A program made the translations under genes and the position numbers. 64,000 bases of DNA from Phoronis australis (taxonomy: Eukaryota; Animalia; Phoronida). Below, piece after piece: positions 1-12,677 of the stretch. Each line of letters starts with the position of its first letter. Within the stretch, counting starts at the first letter, position 1. The stretch lies in assembly GCA_002633005.1 (NCBI GenBank), contig NMRA01000199.1, positions 189,321-253,320 on the forward strand, read 5' to 3'. A model generated the notes under the pieces. The model searched no databases. It was given only the letters and a program-made list of their open reading frames with translations, and was not told where the DNA came from.

Positions 1-257
1 TACGGGTTTACTTGTGTTCGGCTACAACAAAATGTTGGCGACAGCGATACTTCACTGACCTTAATAGTCAAACATTGTGCCCTTCAGGTACGGGAGAACG
101 ATGTGTCAAACAGCAACAGATTGGTTCGACGTAGGAATTCAGAAGTGGCGGAATAGTTGAAGGTTTTAGAATAAGTGAATGATCTCAGAAGAACTTCCAT
201 ATTCAAAAGATTGACCTTGAAATCAAATGAGATAGAGGGTCTGACGATCGCGAACTA

Positions 258-345
258 ATCATTATTATTATTTTTAATGTAATATTTACAATGAGGGTAG
301 CCCCATCAGTTCACACTGTTTTCCATGAGGGGCCCTTAGTAAAAA
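258..345 (-). mobile_element. Probable 3' tail of a non-LTR retrotransposon (L2/Crack/Daphne-like)
   Basis: Minus strand reads GGCCCCTCATGGAAAACAG...GATGGGGCTACCCTC, then ATTAAA and (AAT)n. A GC stem-loop plus short simple-repeat tail after a T-rich stretch is typical of LINE 3' ends. No ORF remains. Confidence 0.35.
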
Positions 346-568
346 CATACAAACACAGTAAGACAAACTTACAGAATTACGAAATGAAAGACAATATTTA
401 AATAATCAGTAAAGAATAAGAAATTAACATGGAAAGATCGATGAAACGAAATAAAAAAATAAAATATGATAAATAGAAGATAAAGAAAGTAAGACAAGAT
501 GATTAACTAAAATAGAAATATACATAATTATATACAGACGATAAATAATTAAAAAAGTAAGACATAAC

Positions 569-600
<32 letters not shown>

Positions 601-624
601 TCACGAAAACAACAACGGTTTTAA

Positions 625-672
625 AACTTGACATGTTTCGGTGTCATTTATTAAACACCATCCTCAGAAGTC
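625..672 (-). ncRNA. Second copy of the hammerhead ribozyme in the inverted 5' pseudo-LTR
   Basis: Exact reverse complement of 1481-1528. Confidence 0.85.
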
Positions 673-764
673 ATAATAAAGTGGCCACCTAGCTAGGCCC
701 AGCAACAAGTAATGAAGCACAGAAACAGTCAGTTACAGGGAGTGACAATGAACTAGACCAACCC

Positions 765-1400
765 TGTCTATATCGCATTAACAACACTTGGGCTAGATTT
801 GATTCTAATATCAAAGAACTTACAACGAATTTGCAAAAGAATGGCTATCCCCTAGAATTAGTCAATAGGGTACTGAAAGCAAGACTCCAACGTAACCCTG
901 ATGATGTTCATCCTGTAGACAAAACTAACTACAAGTACTTTAAAATACCCTATGTTGGGTTTTACGCCAAAATTGCTCAACGAAAACTCAACAAATTGGT
1001 GAATGATTACTGTGTGAACTTAAGAGTTGTATTAACATTCAAGTCTCTAAAACTGTCGAGTTTATTTAACCCTAAGGACAAAATTTCTATGGGTCTACGG
1101 TCCAAGGTTGTATACAAATTTATCTGTGCTGGATGTGGCTCCAGTTATATAGGCGAAACTGTTCGCCATTTGAAAACCAGGACCAAGGAACATCTAAATT
1201 CTGACAGTAATTCACATGTAAATATTCACCTGCAGAGCTCCAATCATTGTTATCAGCAGTGCTCTTTCAATGACTTTGCAATAATAGACCAGGCAGTAAC
1301 AACAAAGGAGCTTAAAATTCGTGAGGCTTTACATATCAGTTGGTGCAAGCCCAATCTCAATAGGCAACTGACACACCACAGGTTGTCATTGTTGGTCTAG
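765..1400 (+). CDS. C-terminal fragment of PLE polyprotein: RT thumb/linker plus GIY-YIG endonuclease (5' truncated, no true start)
   Basis: Open frame from the pLTR junction: CLYRINNTWARFDSNIKELTTNLQKNGYP...IPYVG...VVYKFICAGCGSSYIGETVRHLKTRTKEH...H...H...REALHISWCKPNLN. VVY/YIG, catalytic R, E, N and the Cys/His zinc motif are present. No internal stops. Confidence 0.9.
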   Translation, partial: CLYRINNTWARFDSNIKELTTNLQKNGYPLELVNRVLKARLQRNPDDVHPVDKTNYKYFKIPYVGFYAKIAQRKLNKLVNDYCVNLRVVLTFKSLKLSSLFNPKDKISMGLRSKVVYKFICAGCGSSYIGETVRHLKTRTKEHLNSDSNSHVNIHLQSSNHCYQQCSFNDFAIIDQAVTTKELKIREALHISWCKPNLNRQLTHHRLSLLV

Positions 1401-1480
1401 TTCATTGTCACTCCCTGTAACTGACTGTTTCTGTGCTTCATTACTTGTTGCTGGGCCTAGCTAGGTGGCCACTTTATTAT

Positions 1481-1528
1481 GACTTCTGAGGATGGTGTTT
1501 AATAAATGACACCGAAACATGTCAAGTT
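1481..1528 (+). ncRNA. Minimal type I hammerhead ribozyme in the PLE 3' pseudo-LTR
   Basis: GACTT-CTGAGGA-T-GGTGT-(ttaataaatg)-ACACC-GAAA-CATG-TC-AAGTT. Stem I GACUU/AAGUU, core CUGAGGA, stem II GGUGU/ACACC, GAAA, palindromic stem III (ACATGT), cleavage triplet GUC ending at 1523. Confidence 0.88.
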
Positions 1529-1579
1529 TTAAAGCCGTTGTTGTTTTCGTGAACATATGCTGTTACTTGCTATCATGGA

Positions 1580-2046
1580 GATATATATATATATATATAT
1601 ATACACACGCACGCATGTATACACATGCACTGTTATATACACACATATATAAACACATATATACATAAACACATACATACATAAATACATACATACATAA
1701 ATATATACATACATAAATACATACATACATAAATATATACATACATAAATACATACATACATAAATACATGTACATACATAAATATATATATATATATAT
1801 ACATATATAAATACATTCATGCATAAATACATACACACATAAACACATACATACATAAACACATACATACATAAACACATACATACATAAACACATACAT
1901 ACATAAATACATACATAAATGCATACATACATAAATACATACATACATAAATACATACATAAATACATACATACATACATACATAAATACATACATACAT
2001 AAATACATACATACATACATACATACATACATACATACATACATAA
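1580..2046. repeat. Compound microsatellite (TA)n/(TACA)n/(TAAA) array
   Basis: Visible ATAC/ATAA tetranucleotide repeats. Explains the MYVC-type spurious ORFs. Confidence 0.97.
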
Positions 2047-4484
2047 ACTAAGAATTAGTCCGTTCAGGATGAATTTGCGATAGTGTTTGCTCTATAACGA
2101 CCACAACTGAAAGTTTTATTTATCCTGATTGTGTGAACGAGTTGTCATTCCTTGAAAAGTTACCAATGTTTGCATTCCACATTAGAAGTCTTTTGTAAAT
2201 ACTTGTGTGTTATGCTTGTAAAGTACTATGGGGACGTAGTCCGTATGTACATGTATGTATTATTACCAATGTTCACACTAAATGTATAAATTAGTAACTT
2301 TGTTGGAGATACTGATTATCCAGACATGTCGTATCAGTGTTAAATGTAAGAAAGTCACCATGTTTCCACACTTTTCACAAACTCTAGGATACGTAGATTG
2401 AGGTTAAATGAACCGGTTGTAGACACTGGAATTTTAAACCGCGGAAACCGTTTTAAGCCGTATCACCTCTGCCACACTACTGACAATCTCGTTGGTTTTG
2501 CGGGGACTGCAAGCAATCTAAGTGGATCGGAAACCTTTTAAAGCGGCTATGAATCGACAATTTTTAATTTAGAACGCTTAGCGTTGTGAAATTGGAATCA
2601 AATTGTTTCTTATTCAAAATAGAAGGGGCTCTTGGGCTTGGATAGAACTAATGAATAACTGATTATTGCTTGAAACCGAGCTCTACAAGTTTAGTTGAAA
2701 CCACCATCATTTTATTCACCGAGCCTGGTCTCTAGCGTTAGTGAACTAGTATAGATCTTTGCAAGATGAAAATAACTTTTCATCCGAGCAAGGAACAAGT
2801 TGAGACCAATACTATAACGGTAAGTAATCCAAATCAAAAAATAATGCCTTCGACGGAACGCGTGTTTATAGCCGCTTTAAGTAGAATCAGTTATTACCAC
2901 TCGAATTTAAACTACAGTTGCCTCAAAAATGCTGTATTCTTGAGGACTTTTGACCTCTGCGTGCGCACGCGCGCGTGGGTTCGTGTGGGTGTGATTTTCT
3001 GTGTTAAACTGCCAATTAGCAAGTAAATGACTGCCATGCCACGCTAAGGTTTTCGTGTTTGAGTTCGGACCAGCTATTTAGTAAGCGCTACAATACAGCA
3101 TTACTACCGGATTCCTAGGTCACGGTATTTTTTTGTTTCGGCTAACAAAGGGTTGTTATCTCATAAGGTCAAGCTAGCGATTTTAAATACTTTTACGCAG
3201 TATCATACGAAAGATTGATTTAAAAATTAAGTGAACTAATCAGGTAAATACACGATGATCGTTTTATTTGCTTTCAATTGATACAGATGAATTCGAATTG
3301 CCCTTGAACTACGCTCAGCAGCTGCGCGATAACGTTTATCATATTGTGCAAATAGTCACGAAATACAAGCACCATCCTCGGCAGTATATAAGTGTACAAA
3401 CCACACGGAGTACCGCTCACACTTACTCGCAATTAGTATCTCTACGAGTGATAGGAAGTTAACGGTGGTCTACCTTGCGCAGTCACCAAAATGGTCTTGG
3501 TCTTGAAAAATTAATATGTGAAATGCAATAATTATAATTGACTACTGCACCCAAAGAACATTCAGATGTTCATGTATATGGCGGGGTGTGATGTTACTCG
3601 CAGAACATGCATATCGAGATATGATGAAGTACAGCTGTTGGATACTGCTCAGATGTAGGAGAATGTAAATTGAACTGGAATTCTTCTCTTTGTTATCAGC
3701 TGGGTTACACAATGCTTGAGTGATAATGTAACATTCAGAATAAACACCTATTCAGCATTTCAGTACTGTCCTCCCATAGGTTCCTAGGCCTGTTATTCAA
3801 TAAAATTTGGTATTGGACCTGAAATTATGGATAAAAAGTGTAAAACAATTCTACTTGGCTGGTATTGGAAATGCCTTGTACACGCACGTGTAGTTAAGCT
3901 TAAAATTTTATCGTTTTTATGTTTTCCGAAAGAAGGCGCTGGACATCTACATGATCAAGTCAAATTTCTTAATTTCATTTGCGGCGTAGAATAAACACTA
4001 ATACAAAGAGCATAAAATCGTTATTGTGTGGGATTGGTTTGAACCCGTTCTTAAATTGTTAAATGGTTAGACAAATATTGTGTATTGGTCTGAATAAAAT
4101 GTATATCCGGCGGCTTGAATACGGTTGATCGATACAGCACTTAGTTGAGTAACCTTGTAAACAGTACTCTAATTATGCTGTTAACAATGTTATTGAGACA
4201 ATGATGTCTGAGTAAATGTCTAATAAACTCCCTCAACATGTCTTTGAGGAGGGTCTATTTCATGTCAAATTTAACTGAAGTTAAAAAGATAGTAAGTTAT
4301 GTAAATAAATAAATAAATAAATTTTTGAAACTGATGTTTGTCAAACCAGCAATTCAAATACAGGCATAGCGTCTTAATGTTTTGGAATAAAAAAGAAAGG
4401 AGAAATCGCACAAATAGTCAAAATTGAAATGCAGCTGATTGTTTAAGGTTTTGTTACAGTTTCGTAAAATAAATGTTCGTTAAT

Positions 4485-4743
4485 CATGCGCCCACCCAGC
4501 CCAAAATATAAGGGGCTCGAATTTTTCAGCATGTGGACCTTTTATTGAAAAAAACGGGGACTAAAATAAAAAAACGGGGTACTGCGTTCAGACCTATGAA
4601 TTATGCATTCGCGCCGAACTCCTGTGGAATTTTGTCTCGTTTTCTCGGTCTTTTTGTTTCTCTGAGGCGGACCTTTTTGCCCACTTCACCAAATGGGGGG
4701 ATCGTTCAAGTCTTCCGAGCCCCCCCCCCTGGGTGCGCGCATA
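4485..4743. mobile_element. MITE with ~15-bp TIRs and apparent 5-bp TSD (TTAAT)
   Basis: Left end CATGCGCCCACCCAG; right end reverse-complemented TATGCGCGCACCCAG (13/15). TTAAT lies immediately outside both ends (4480-4484, 4744-4748). Confidence 0.7.
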
Positions 4744-7700
4744 TTAATGCTCATGGAATTACAACTCTGATTTTTGCCCAAATCGATTGCGAAAAGCTCT
4801 TAAACATCTAAAATCTTTTCTTATGTATCCATACGGTAGAAAACCACACAAAACAGAGATAATGATGATCGCGCTATTATATCGTTCGTTTTTAAAGTAG
4901 AAAAAACCAAATTCACTTTACTTCACTTCCATCCCTGCCGACAGGTAACCTCAGCACTGTACCATGATCTGATTAAACCATTGTTCTCCGTGAAAACATC
5001 GTTTTAAATGCTTCCTGTAAACCTAGAATTATTTTCTCAATAAATATGAAACAGGCGCGTGCATCATTCCCCATCCGTTCGAGTCCTTTCCGATTTTTTT
5101 TCTTAGTTATTCTCTTTAAACGTGTGACTAGGTCTCATTTTGGTTTGCGGTTACATTCGATGCATGTACAAGGGTTCAGTTTCAGGAATTATGTCTTTGC
5201 AACACGAAGAATGACATTTCCTATTACTACGCTTCACGCCGACGTCCAGGCCATTTTTCGTCGCAGCGTGGAATATGTGCCCACTAACAGCTTTGTATTG
5301 GTACGAAACTACCGACTTTTACACCAACATATTTCTTTTTACATGAAATTTTAGGAATAATTATATTTTTTCACACTCTTATTGACACACATTATAAAAA
5401 CAATTCAATTATTTTGTAATTTGAAGTTTCTTTACACATTGAAGTCTCGTAAGTAAAATGATACACAAATAAATTGTTTATAAGGTATCACGGTTTGCTG
5501 AATGCCGAATGTAAATGCAATCACGAGAGCATTTTTTGTTTTGAGCTCACGTCGAGTAAGGGGAGCCTTATGCGGCGTTTGTTTCGTTATGTTTTAAAGT
5601 TGCGGGCGAAATTAACTTGATTTCTATCGAACTAATCACAGGGTAGTTCGCTTTCGTTGTGGAATATTTTTTTCATAAAACACACCAACATTTTTTTAGT
5701 TGCATGTTTAAAGTTTCACGCGAAATGATGTCAGCCTTGACCAGCCTAAGTAGGAACTGATTCGAATCAAGGTTGAATTTCCTAGTTAAATCAGACTATA
5801 AGTTTAGAGAAATTCTTGAAATTTCGCAGTTCCGCATGATAAAAAGATAATCTTAGCAGAAATGTTTGTATTTCAAAGGTAAGATCTTAGAAAAATATAG
5901 TCGAATATGCGTACAGGAATTTTATGCAGAAAGGCCCATATTTAGATACGCTCAGTGGACGTATCAATACGCATATACTCATAGGGCATTTATGTTAGAA
6001 AATCCCCCTAAAACCTTCCTCAGTTTCATAGGAAATGGACACCAAAATCGTAACTAATGTAATTTTTCGACAATAAATTCCTACTTGTGGAGACAATCGT
6101 AGATCGATGTGTTGCGTAATTACTTTTGGGGTTTAACTTTGAGCGCCCTCTACAGCCGAGCGTATATTCGTCACTTCCAAATATACGCAATGGTGTATAT
6201 TTAGATTTGACATTTGGTCTCTATACTGATATTTCCAAGTAAGCGCCCTGGGCTTGTCTGCTATAAGGTGTTAGTGTTCATGTAATATATTCTGACGAAA
6301 CGTTTTGAAGTTAAACAACAAAGACAAATTCAATAACAAAATAAAATGTATCTGGAAAACACCAATGAGCTATACGAAAACACAAATTAACATCTTTCCC
6401 TGTAAAAGAAAATATTTTCTTACAGCTTTTCCCTTAATTCAGTCTCTGACGTGGCGTATTGATAAGCCGTAAATGAGTGATCAAAGAAAGTTAAAAAGAT
6501 GTCTAGGAAGCTGTAATATGATTGTACAGATTCGCTCTATTAGATGCAGACAATCGCAGCGGTAAAGGTTCCGAAACGGATATCCCGAGACCATTTTAAA
6601 TTCTAGTCAATGCAAGAGAAATAAAAGTGATGATCATTAGCCTTTATTGTTTTGGTGCGTGATGATTACAAGATTTCGTACATATTTTCTGAAGTCACAG
6701 TTTGCCTCGTTTTCAGTATTTGTTGTAGTCATACGAAAATGACGTCATCAAGTAACATCCGGTTATGGTAGGGTCCCGTGTGGCCACATATGGTCACGCG
6801 GTTATCGTGTTCATTCTTTGGATAATGCAAACATTATTAGGCTGTAAAGCGTAAAGTTGTGACTGTTCACTGTCATTCAAGAATGTAATTTTACGCAAAA
6901 ATGTTCTTCATCGCACTTTTGATGTGGCCAAGGACAAGCACCACCAAATGCATTGTGTGAATTACAATCTTAACATTGTTTGGTCATTCTGCAGTGTTCA
7001 CCTTTTAAGTGTGCAGTTTCCTCATTAATGATGATTTTATGTAAAAAACGAAATGTCTGGACTCTGGATAAAGTGTTGTAAATATGACATCGTTCGCTAA
7101 AGCACTTGCTATTTGTCTTCTTGTAATCTTTACATCCTTCTAAACTTAGGTGCTTTAGCCATTTTGCGAAATTACATAGATGACTTCCAATAATATACTC
7201 TTTTAAAAATATTGGGAATGTGTTCTATTTAAATTTCGTATATGTAGTAAAAATGCAACTATAATAAAAACAGAAAAGCAGTCAATGTTTGAAGTTGTTT
7301 TAATGGATACGCATGCGTCTACTTCAAATGATCGAGAGAACGGAAATAACATGCGCCTAAAGAGCTTTTGCGGTCTAAAACTCAAAGTGCTCAGTACTGT
7401 GAAGCAAAGTCCTCGTTTTAGTTTGAAAGACTTCACCTAACGGGTTTTTGTTATTCTCGATATATCGGACTTCCAAATAGTCCTAGCAAAGCGTTAGAAA
7501 CACAAGAAAACAGGATTTAAGCACTCAAACATAGGCACTTCAAATTGCACGGGAAGTAAGCGTTTCGCGCCATATTGTGTCACCACGAGCAAACAGCCTG
7601 AAACAAAGATAGAAGTTTTGAACATTTGCCAGTACCCGAAATAGAAGTTTGTATCTGGTGATTGTACCAGAATACTGTATATTGAATAGAACACCAACGT

Positions 7701-8749
7701 CTGCGTGCGCACGTTGTTCGTAGCTAGCTGAGGAATCTTTAGTTGACGTAGACGAAATTCAAGCAATAGGCTTAACCGTTCATTACATTTGGCAATTGAT
7801 CACTTCTATCTGTTCAGAGTGATGCTTTTAATATATTGTATGAAGCAAAATTTACATTTGTCACGGTTCAAGGTATGCATAGACAAACCGCGGTCTTAAA
7901 GTGTGATACACTGTCTTTAGAGTTCTTCAATCTCGAAAACAGTTCTTTATTAAAACTATGACACTTTTTATAAACTGCGTAAAATATTTTTAAAGTCTGT
8001 TCAGGTCAAGTTATACACTGACTATTATCTTAGGATATGTCGCTTCACACAAGTGTCGAATGTTCCGATTAAATTTTGCTACGGTTACCAAACTATTGAG
8101 TCGTTAAACAAGACAAGATGCACTTCTTGTTTTCTATAATATACTGTGATAGGAATGGTGCTCAAAGGTGTTATTTTTGGCTTGATAAACCACTTCAGTC
8201 GATCTTGTTTTGAAGTTGGCCATGTTAACCGAACCAGCGCTTAATATAACTAGAACCCACGCCCATTTTTTGGTTGATTGTTTGATGTTTCTCAGTATAC
8301 AGCTGAACGGAAAGACTTAAATGTATGTCGTTTATTTTCTTTTTATTAATTGAAAACTTATAATGGGCTTGAAAAACTCACACATAGCACTACATACTTA
8401 AACATAAAAGAGAAAATTACTATCCTCTGCGTATACTACATGTACGTCTGTAACTACCAATTTATTATGAAATTTTTAACTAATTACGACCGGTATAATA
8501 TGTATATGTTTACAAGAAGTTAACTTCAACGTCGTTGTCTTTGCTTAACATGATCACTTGTGCAGTCCGTAATTCGTTGTTTTTTATTCACTCTCAGAAA
8601 ATACAAGTGTATGTCACGTGACATATTTTCAAAGCTTTCAATAGACACTACGAGTAATTTATGAATATTTTTCGAATACAAGTGCAATAAAGTGTGATTT
8701 TTCAATATTGGTTCTTCTGCAAATATGCATGGAAATGGGAGCCACTCAC

Positions 8750-9900
8750 GCACAAATAATTTTCACTTTATCCATTTGTTTAAGTGTTCTCCCTGCTATT
8801 ACCTGTACTCGTGAAGTGGGCGCTATTAGCTCAACCCTACCGCGCCAAGTAACTTACAAAACCTCGCGGTCTGTCGTCAAAAGCAAGCCAATGGCAAGCC
8901 ACTCCGCTTGTTTAGCAAGACGTTGGAACCAACGGGCTAACGGCATTGTTCCATTAACGTAAAGTGGTTGAGAACTTACTCTTATCGAACCAGGGAGGCG
9001 TAAAGAAGTGGTGGAATGCATACGCAGCCGACCATCTCTGCTGTTTTGCGTCTGCAACAACACTCCCCGGGTGGCACGGCTGGCGCTGGCTCTAAACTGG
9101 CCGTGCAAGTCAGTAGCAAGTTAAGTGTGAATTAGGGCGGCCGAGGGGAGGAGCGGGGCGACTTGGATTTCCTATTTCGTTTGCACGTCACCCAACTTGA
9201 AGGTTGCAGATTCAAACCGCAACCGGAACAAACAAAATTCCCAACTTGGGGCCGATTAAAACGGACTGTGTCTGACAGGTGACAAGATATTAGAGTTTTA
9301 CCTACACCCATTGTCAAAGAAAGCCACGCCCCCGATGTGTAGTAGCACGAGAAAAACTTGTTCTCGCCTACGGTTGCGTTGACATTATCCTCCATAGCGT
9401 TATTTTCACATAAAGCAAGGCGAGGGAAACGTTTTCTTTATTGAGGTGAAACAAAGAAGGAGATGTGAACGCACCTCCCCTTCCGTGAACAGCAATTTCT
9501 ATTTCGCCTCCCCGAAACCAGTTTCTTTTTCAACAGATATTTCTTTTGAACGCTTTAGTGGGTGGCTATGCCCCACGATTTTATGGTTGGCGCTTGCTCT
9601 TCTCCCCTTATTCCAACCCTCATGCCTTTCAAGCACCCTATTTCTGTTATAAAAGGCAAATTGCTTTGGCCGTAAACAGCAATTCTTTTCAATCTTTGAC
9701 AACAGGAGGCACATGACGCTCAAATCTATCGGGACTTTGTTTTTATCATAGCCGTGCAATTGCGTTTGGTGAGAAAAAAGTTGGTTCATAGACACGGCAT
9801 TGCGGCACTTGCAAAAGACAGTTACTTGAAACGCCTGTGTGGTCCTTGGACATTACCTATCTTGAATTATATATTTATCAAGGTACGATACATGCATGTG
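8750..9900. promoter_or_regulatory. GC/CpG-enriched candidate promoter or enhancer island
   Basis: Locally GC-rich and free of obvious repeats. Contains GC boxes (GGGCGG ~9135, GCCACGCCCC ~9322), CCAAT (~8888), TGACAGGTGACA (~9273), TTTTATGG (~9579), TATAAAAG (9648-9655) and minus-strand GTAAGT donor-like sites at 8979 and 8857. Confidence 0.4.
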
Positions 9901-12630
9901 GTTACAGCCTCCCGTGTCAAATTTTTTTATGTAATTCGTTGTGTCATGTGTGTTAGCGTTCACAAGAATTAATCGCAAATTTGTGGTTCACGTGATGCGT
10001 AGCAGGGTTTTACAGTTGTTAGCACTGGTGGGGAAAGTTTAGAGCAAGTGTTATAAATATAAAATTTATTTGAAACGAAATTTGGCAATGCAAAGTATGG
10101 CATTCACAGTCTTTCGCCGTAACTTTTGAAAAGCGATTCACGACTAACAAGTGACTCAAATACTCTTATCTGTATATCGTTCTCAATTCATCAAAGCCAC
10201 AGCTTAAAAATCCATATTCATTTAGCTCGGATAAAATGCCAACAAAACAAATTGTGCGTTGGATTGCCGTTTCCGACTCACAGCCGAAGAAATATTACAC
10301 GCTTTTTACTCTTGACGTCTTTTGATTAATTCGACCGTCTTCATAAAAAGAAACTTTTCAATTGGGTCTGATAATAGTATATTACCATTTCAATCGAGTG
10401 TGTCACGACGCATTGTCTGTTTTACAACACTTTTGATGGGTGACACTCGGATAAGAAATGACAGCGCGGTAGCATTATTTGTCACCGGTTACGAGAAACT
10501 AATAATAAATTACCTAAGTTTTTGTACACGCTGAAGTTGTGCGGTTACCGGAGTGACACTAATGTACCACTAAAATGAATTATCGCCCCGTGTTAACATA
10601 TTCGATGTCCTAAAAGTGCCCCTTAAGTGTTATTGAGTTCGAATTAACTTTAAAAAGTTTCGAATACAACGAGGTTACAACTCTCTTCGGTTAATGGATG
10701 TTTCAGGTGGCCATCTTCATATGCAGATTGAAAAAAACGGAGCAATACGTGCTAACGGCAGCCGACGCTTGGGGTAACTTTTGACGCACAGCTGTGTCTG
10801 ACGTTACTAATATCTTGTATGCATAATATAATGGTAAGTATATAATAACAGAATTACTATAAATCAATTTCAACGCATTGGATGTACACTCTGTGTTTTG
10901 GAAAACATTTTTGGAGCGCCGTTTGGCTACTGTTTCGTGAAAAATTCGTCAACGAATTGTAATGCAAACTGCATGTACGCAGTTCAGTAGACATTTTGAA
11001 AATACGGCCTTCAAAACAAACCGATGTATCGGAAACATATTCCAGGCTGACTTCATGCGAAAATAATTAATTTCTAAAATTTCAAATAACTTGAGAGGTG
11101 GAATTAGCGAAATAATAATTGTATTGTGAGTACCTTTTAGGTGAGTATCATTGTTACAATTCAACGAAAATGTGTTAAAACAACACCTGTGTCAAGCCGA
11201 CGATGTGTCTGGGTCTCAAACTGGATATATTCGGCTGGGTGCAAAAAGTTACCGTAATTGATAGCATTCCGTAAGAGACGTCAAAAACAGGAAGCATAGG
11301 AACTTGCAAATTAAGTGCCACATAACATTTAAAAAGCATTGCACCGGTGTGAACAAATGCTACACTTGCTGTGGTCATGAAATATAAAGTTATGTCGTTA
11401 GATGAATATTATGCGTTTTAAATACAACTGCAGGTTGGCGTATACCTTAATTCCTGCATTCGTTCTTTGTATCTTTTATCGTTTTCAAGGCAGGGGTTTG
11501 TGAATGTTTCATTTCAGTCATTTTCCATTGTGATCTCCTTTTCTCTTAATTAACATTAATGTTTTGACGCTATTATTTCAAACACAACAAATTTTGCCCA
11601 ATACATTTATCTTGTCACAAGAGAGCGTGTGACGCTCTCTAGATAAATTAAGATAAAGTCGAAACATGTTTACCTTCCCTATCGTTTGCAACTCTCAGGC
11701 TTCAGATAACGAGGTGCGGAAGTGAACCCAATCAACGATACACAAGCGTATATCCTCCGTGTATTTACTCAACACAAACCGATGAACGGACGGAACCAGA
11801 AACGAGTACCCCATCTAGGGCGTAGTGAGTGAAAACGCTAACTAACAGTACAAACAATAGGTTGTCACGCTTTATTACAACAGTTAGTATCAATCAAGAT
11901 ATTAGTTTTCTTAAAAAAGACAATATGCGCCAACATATCAATTAAAGCAAACAGTCAAACTGTGGGAAAAGTTTATGTTTTATTGACTTTGTGAAACAGA
12001 TAGAGATTGTGACTTCAGGTGGATCGATAGCACTCCGCAAGTGTTGGAGGCTGGATGAGCTTTTGCAGAACGGAACATGATCGCAGATTAGAACCTTTGC
12101 AAGGTAAATTTTTGTCCCACTTTTCATGACGACGCTTTGGCACTAGGCTGGGGCGTGTTCCGTGAAACACGGCACTTACGAGGCACGTGCGGCAAGAAAT
12201 CTTGACTTACCAAACGGAAAATATTGAAATTATTCACATTTCTTCCCATTAGCCTCGCTCAGTGTGATATCAACGGAAGAGAGACAAAAAATCTGCTTCG
12301 CTACCCGATGACTAATAGTTTCATGAGTGTTGATTTTGATGGCACAGGTTCAAACCTTGGCCACCAGAGGGATGGTGTTTCGTGATGATTGGCATTTGGA
12401 GAAAGTCAAAGAAGGTGGACGGACTGCCGACCGAGTTGACCATGGTTGCCTCCTCAGTTTGGCGGTCAGTCGTAAGATAGATGGTAGGTGGTTCATTGTC
12501 TGAGCTCTCCTCCATTTAGAGAGACACAGCTTTAATCGCTGGGTCAGTATTAAAGACTACCAGCCAAATCGTGGCCAGACAATGTCCATATATAGACGCT
12601 GAGGTTGGTCAGTAGTGAAATATATCAAAT

Positions 12631-12677
12631 ATAAACACAGAAAAATCAGTTAAAGTTCCTGATTTTTCTGTGTTTAT
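12631..12677. repeat. Perfect 19-bp inverted repeat with 9-nt loop
   Basis: ATAAACACAGAAAAATCAG (12631-12649) pairs with CTGATTTTTCTGTGTTTAT (12659-12677). Confidence 0.9.

Larger units (their letters stand above)
598..1580 (+). mobile_element. 5'-truncated Penelope-like retroelement (PLE) with inverted pseudo-LTRs, inserted in a (TA)n microsatellite
   Basis: 598-762 is the reverse complement of 1391-1555 with one mismatch. The interval encodes a PLE C-terminus with a GIY-YIG endonuclease. The pLTR contains a hammerhead ribozyme. (TA)n lies on both flanks (~569-594 and ~1580-1603). Confidence 0.93.

Noticed and set aside
1529-2044. ORFs of MYVC/MYLC repeats
   Set aside because: Translations of the (TACA)n microsatellite.
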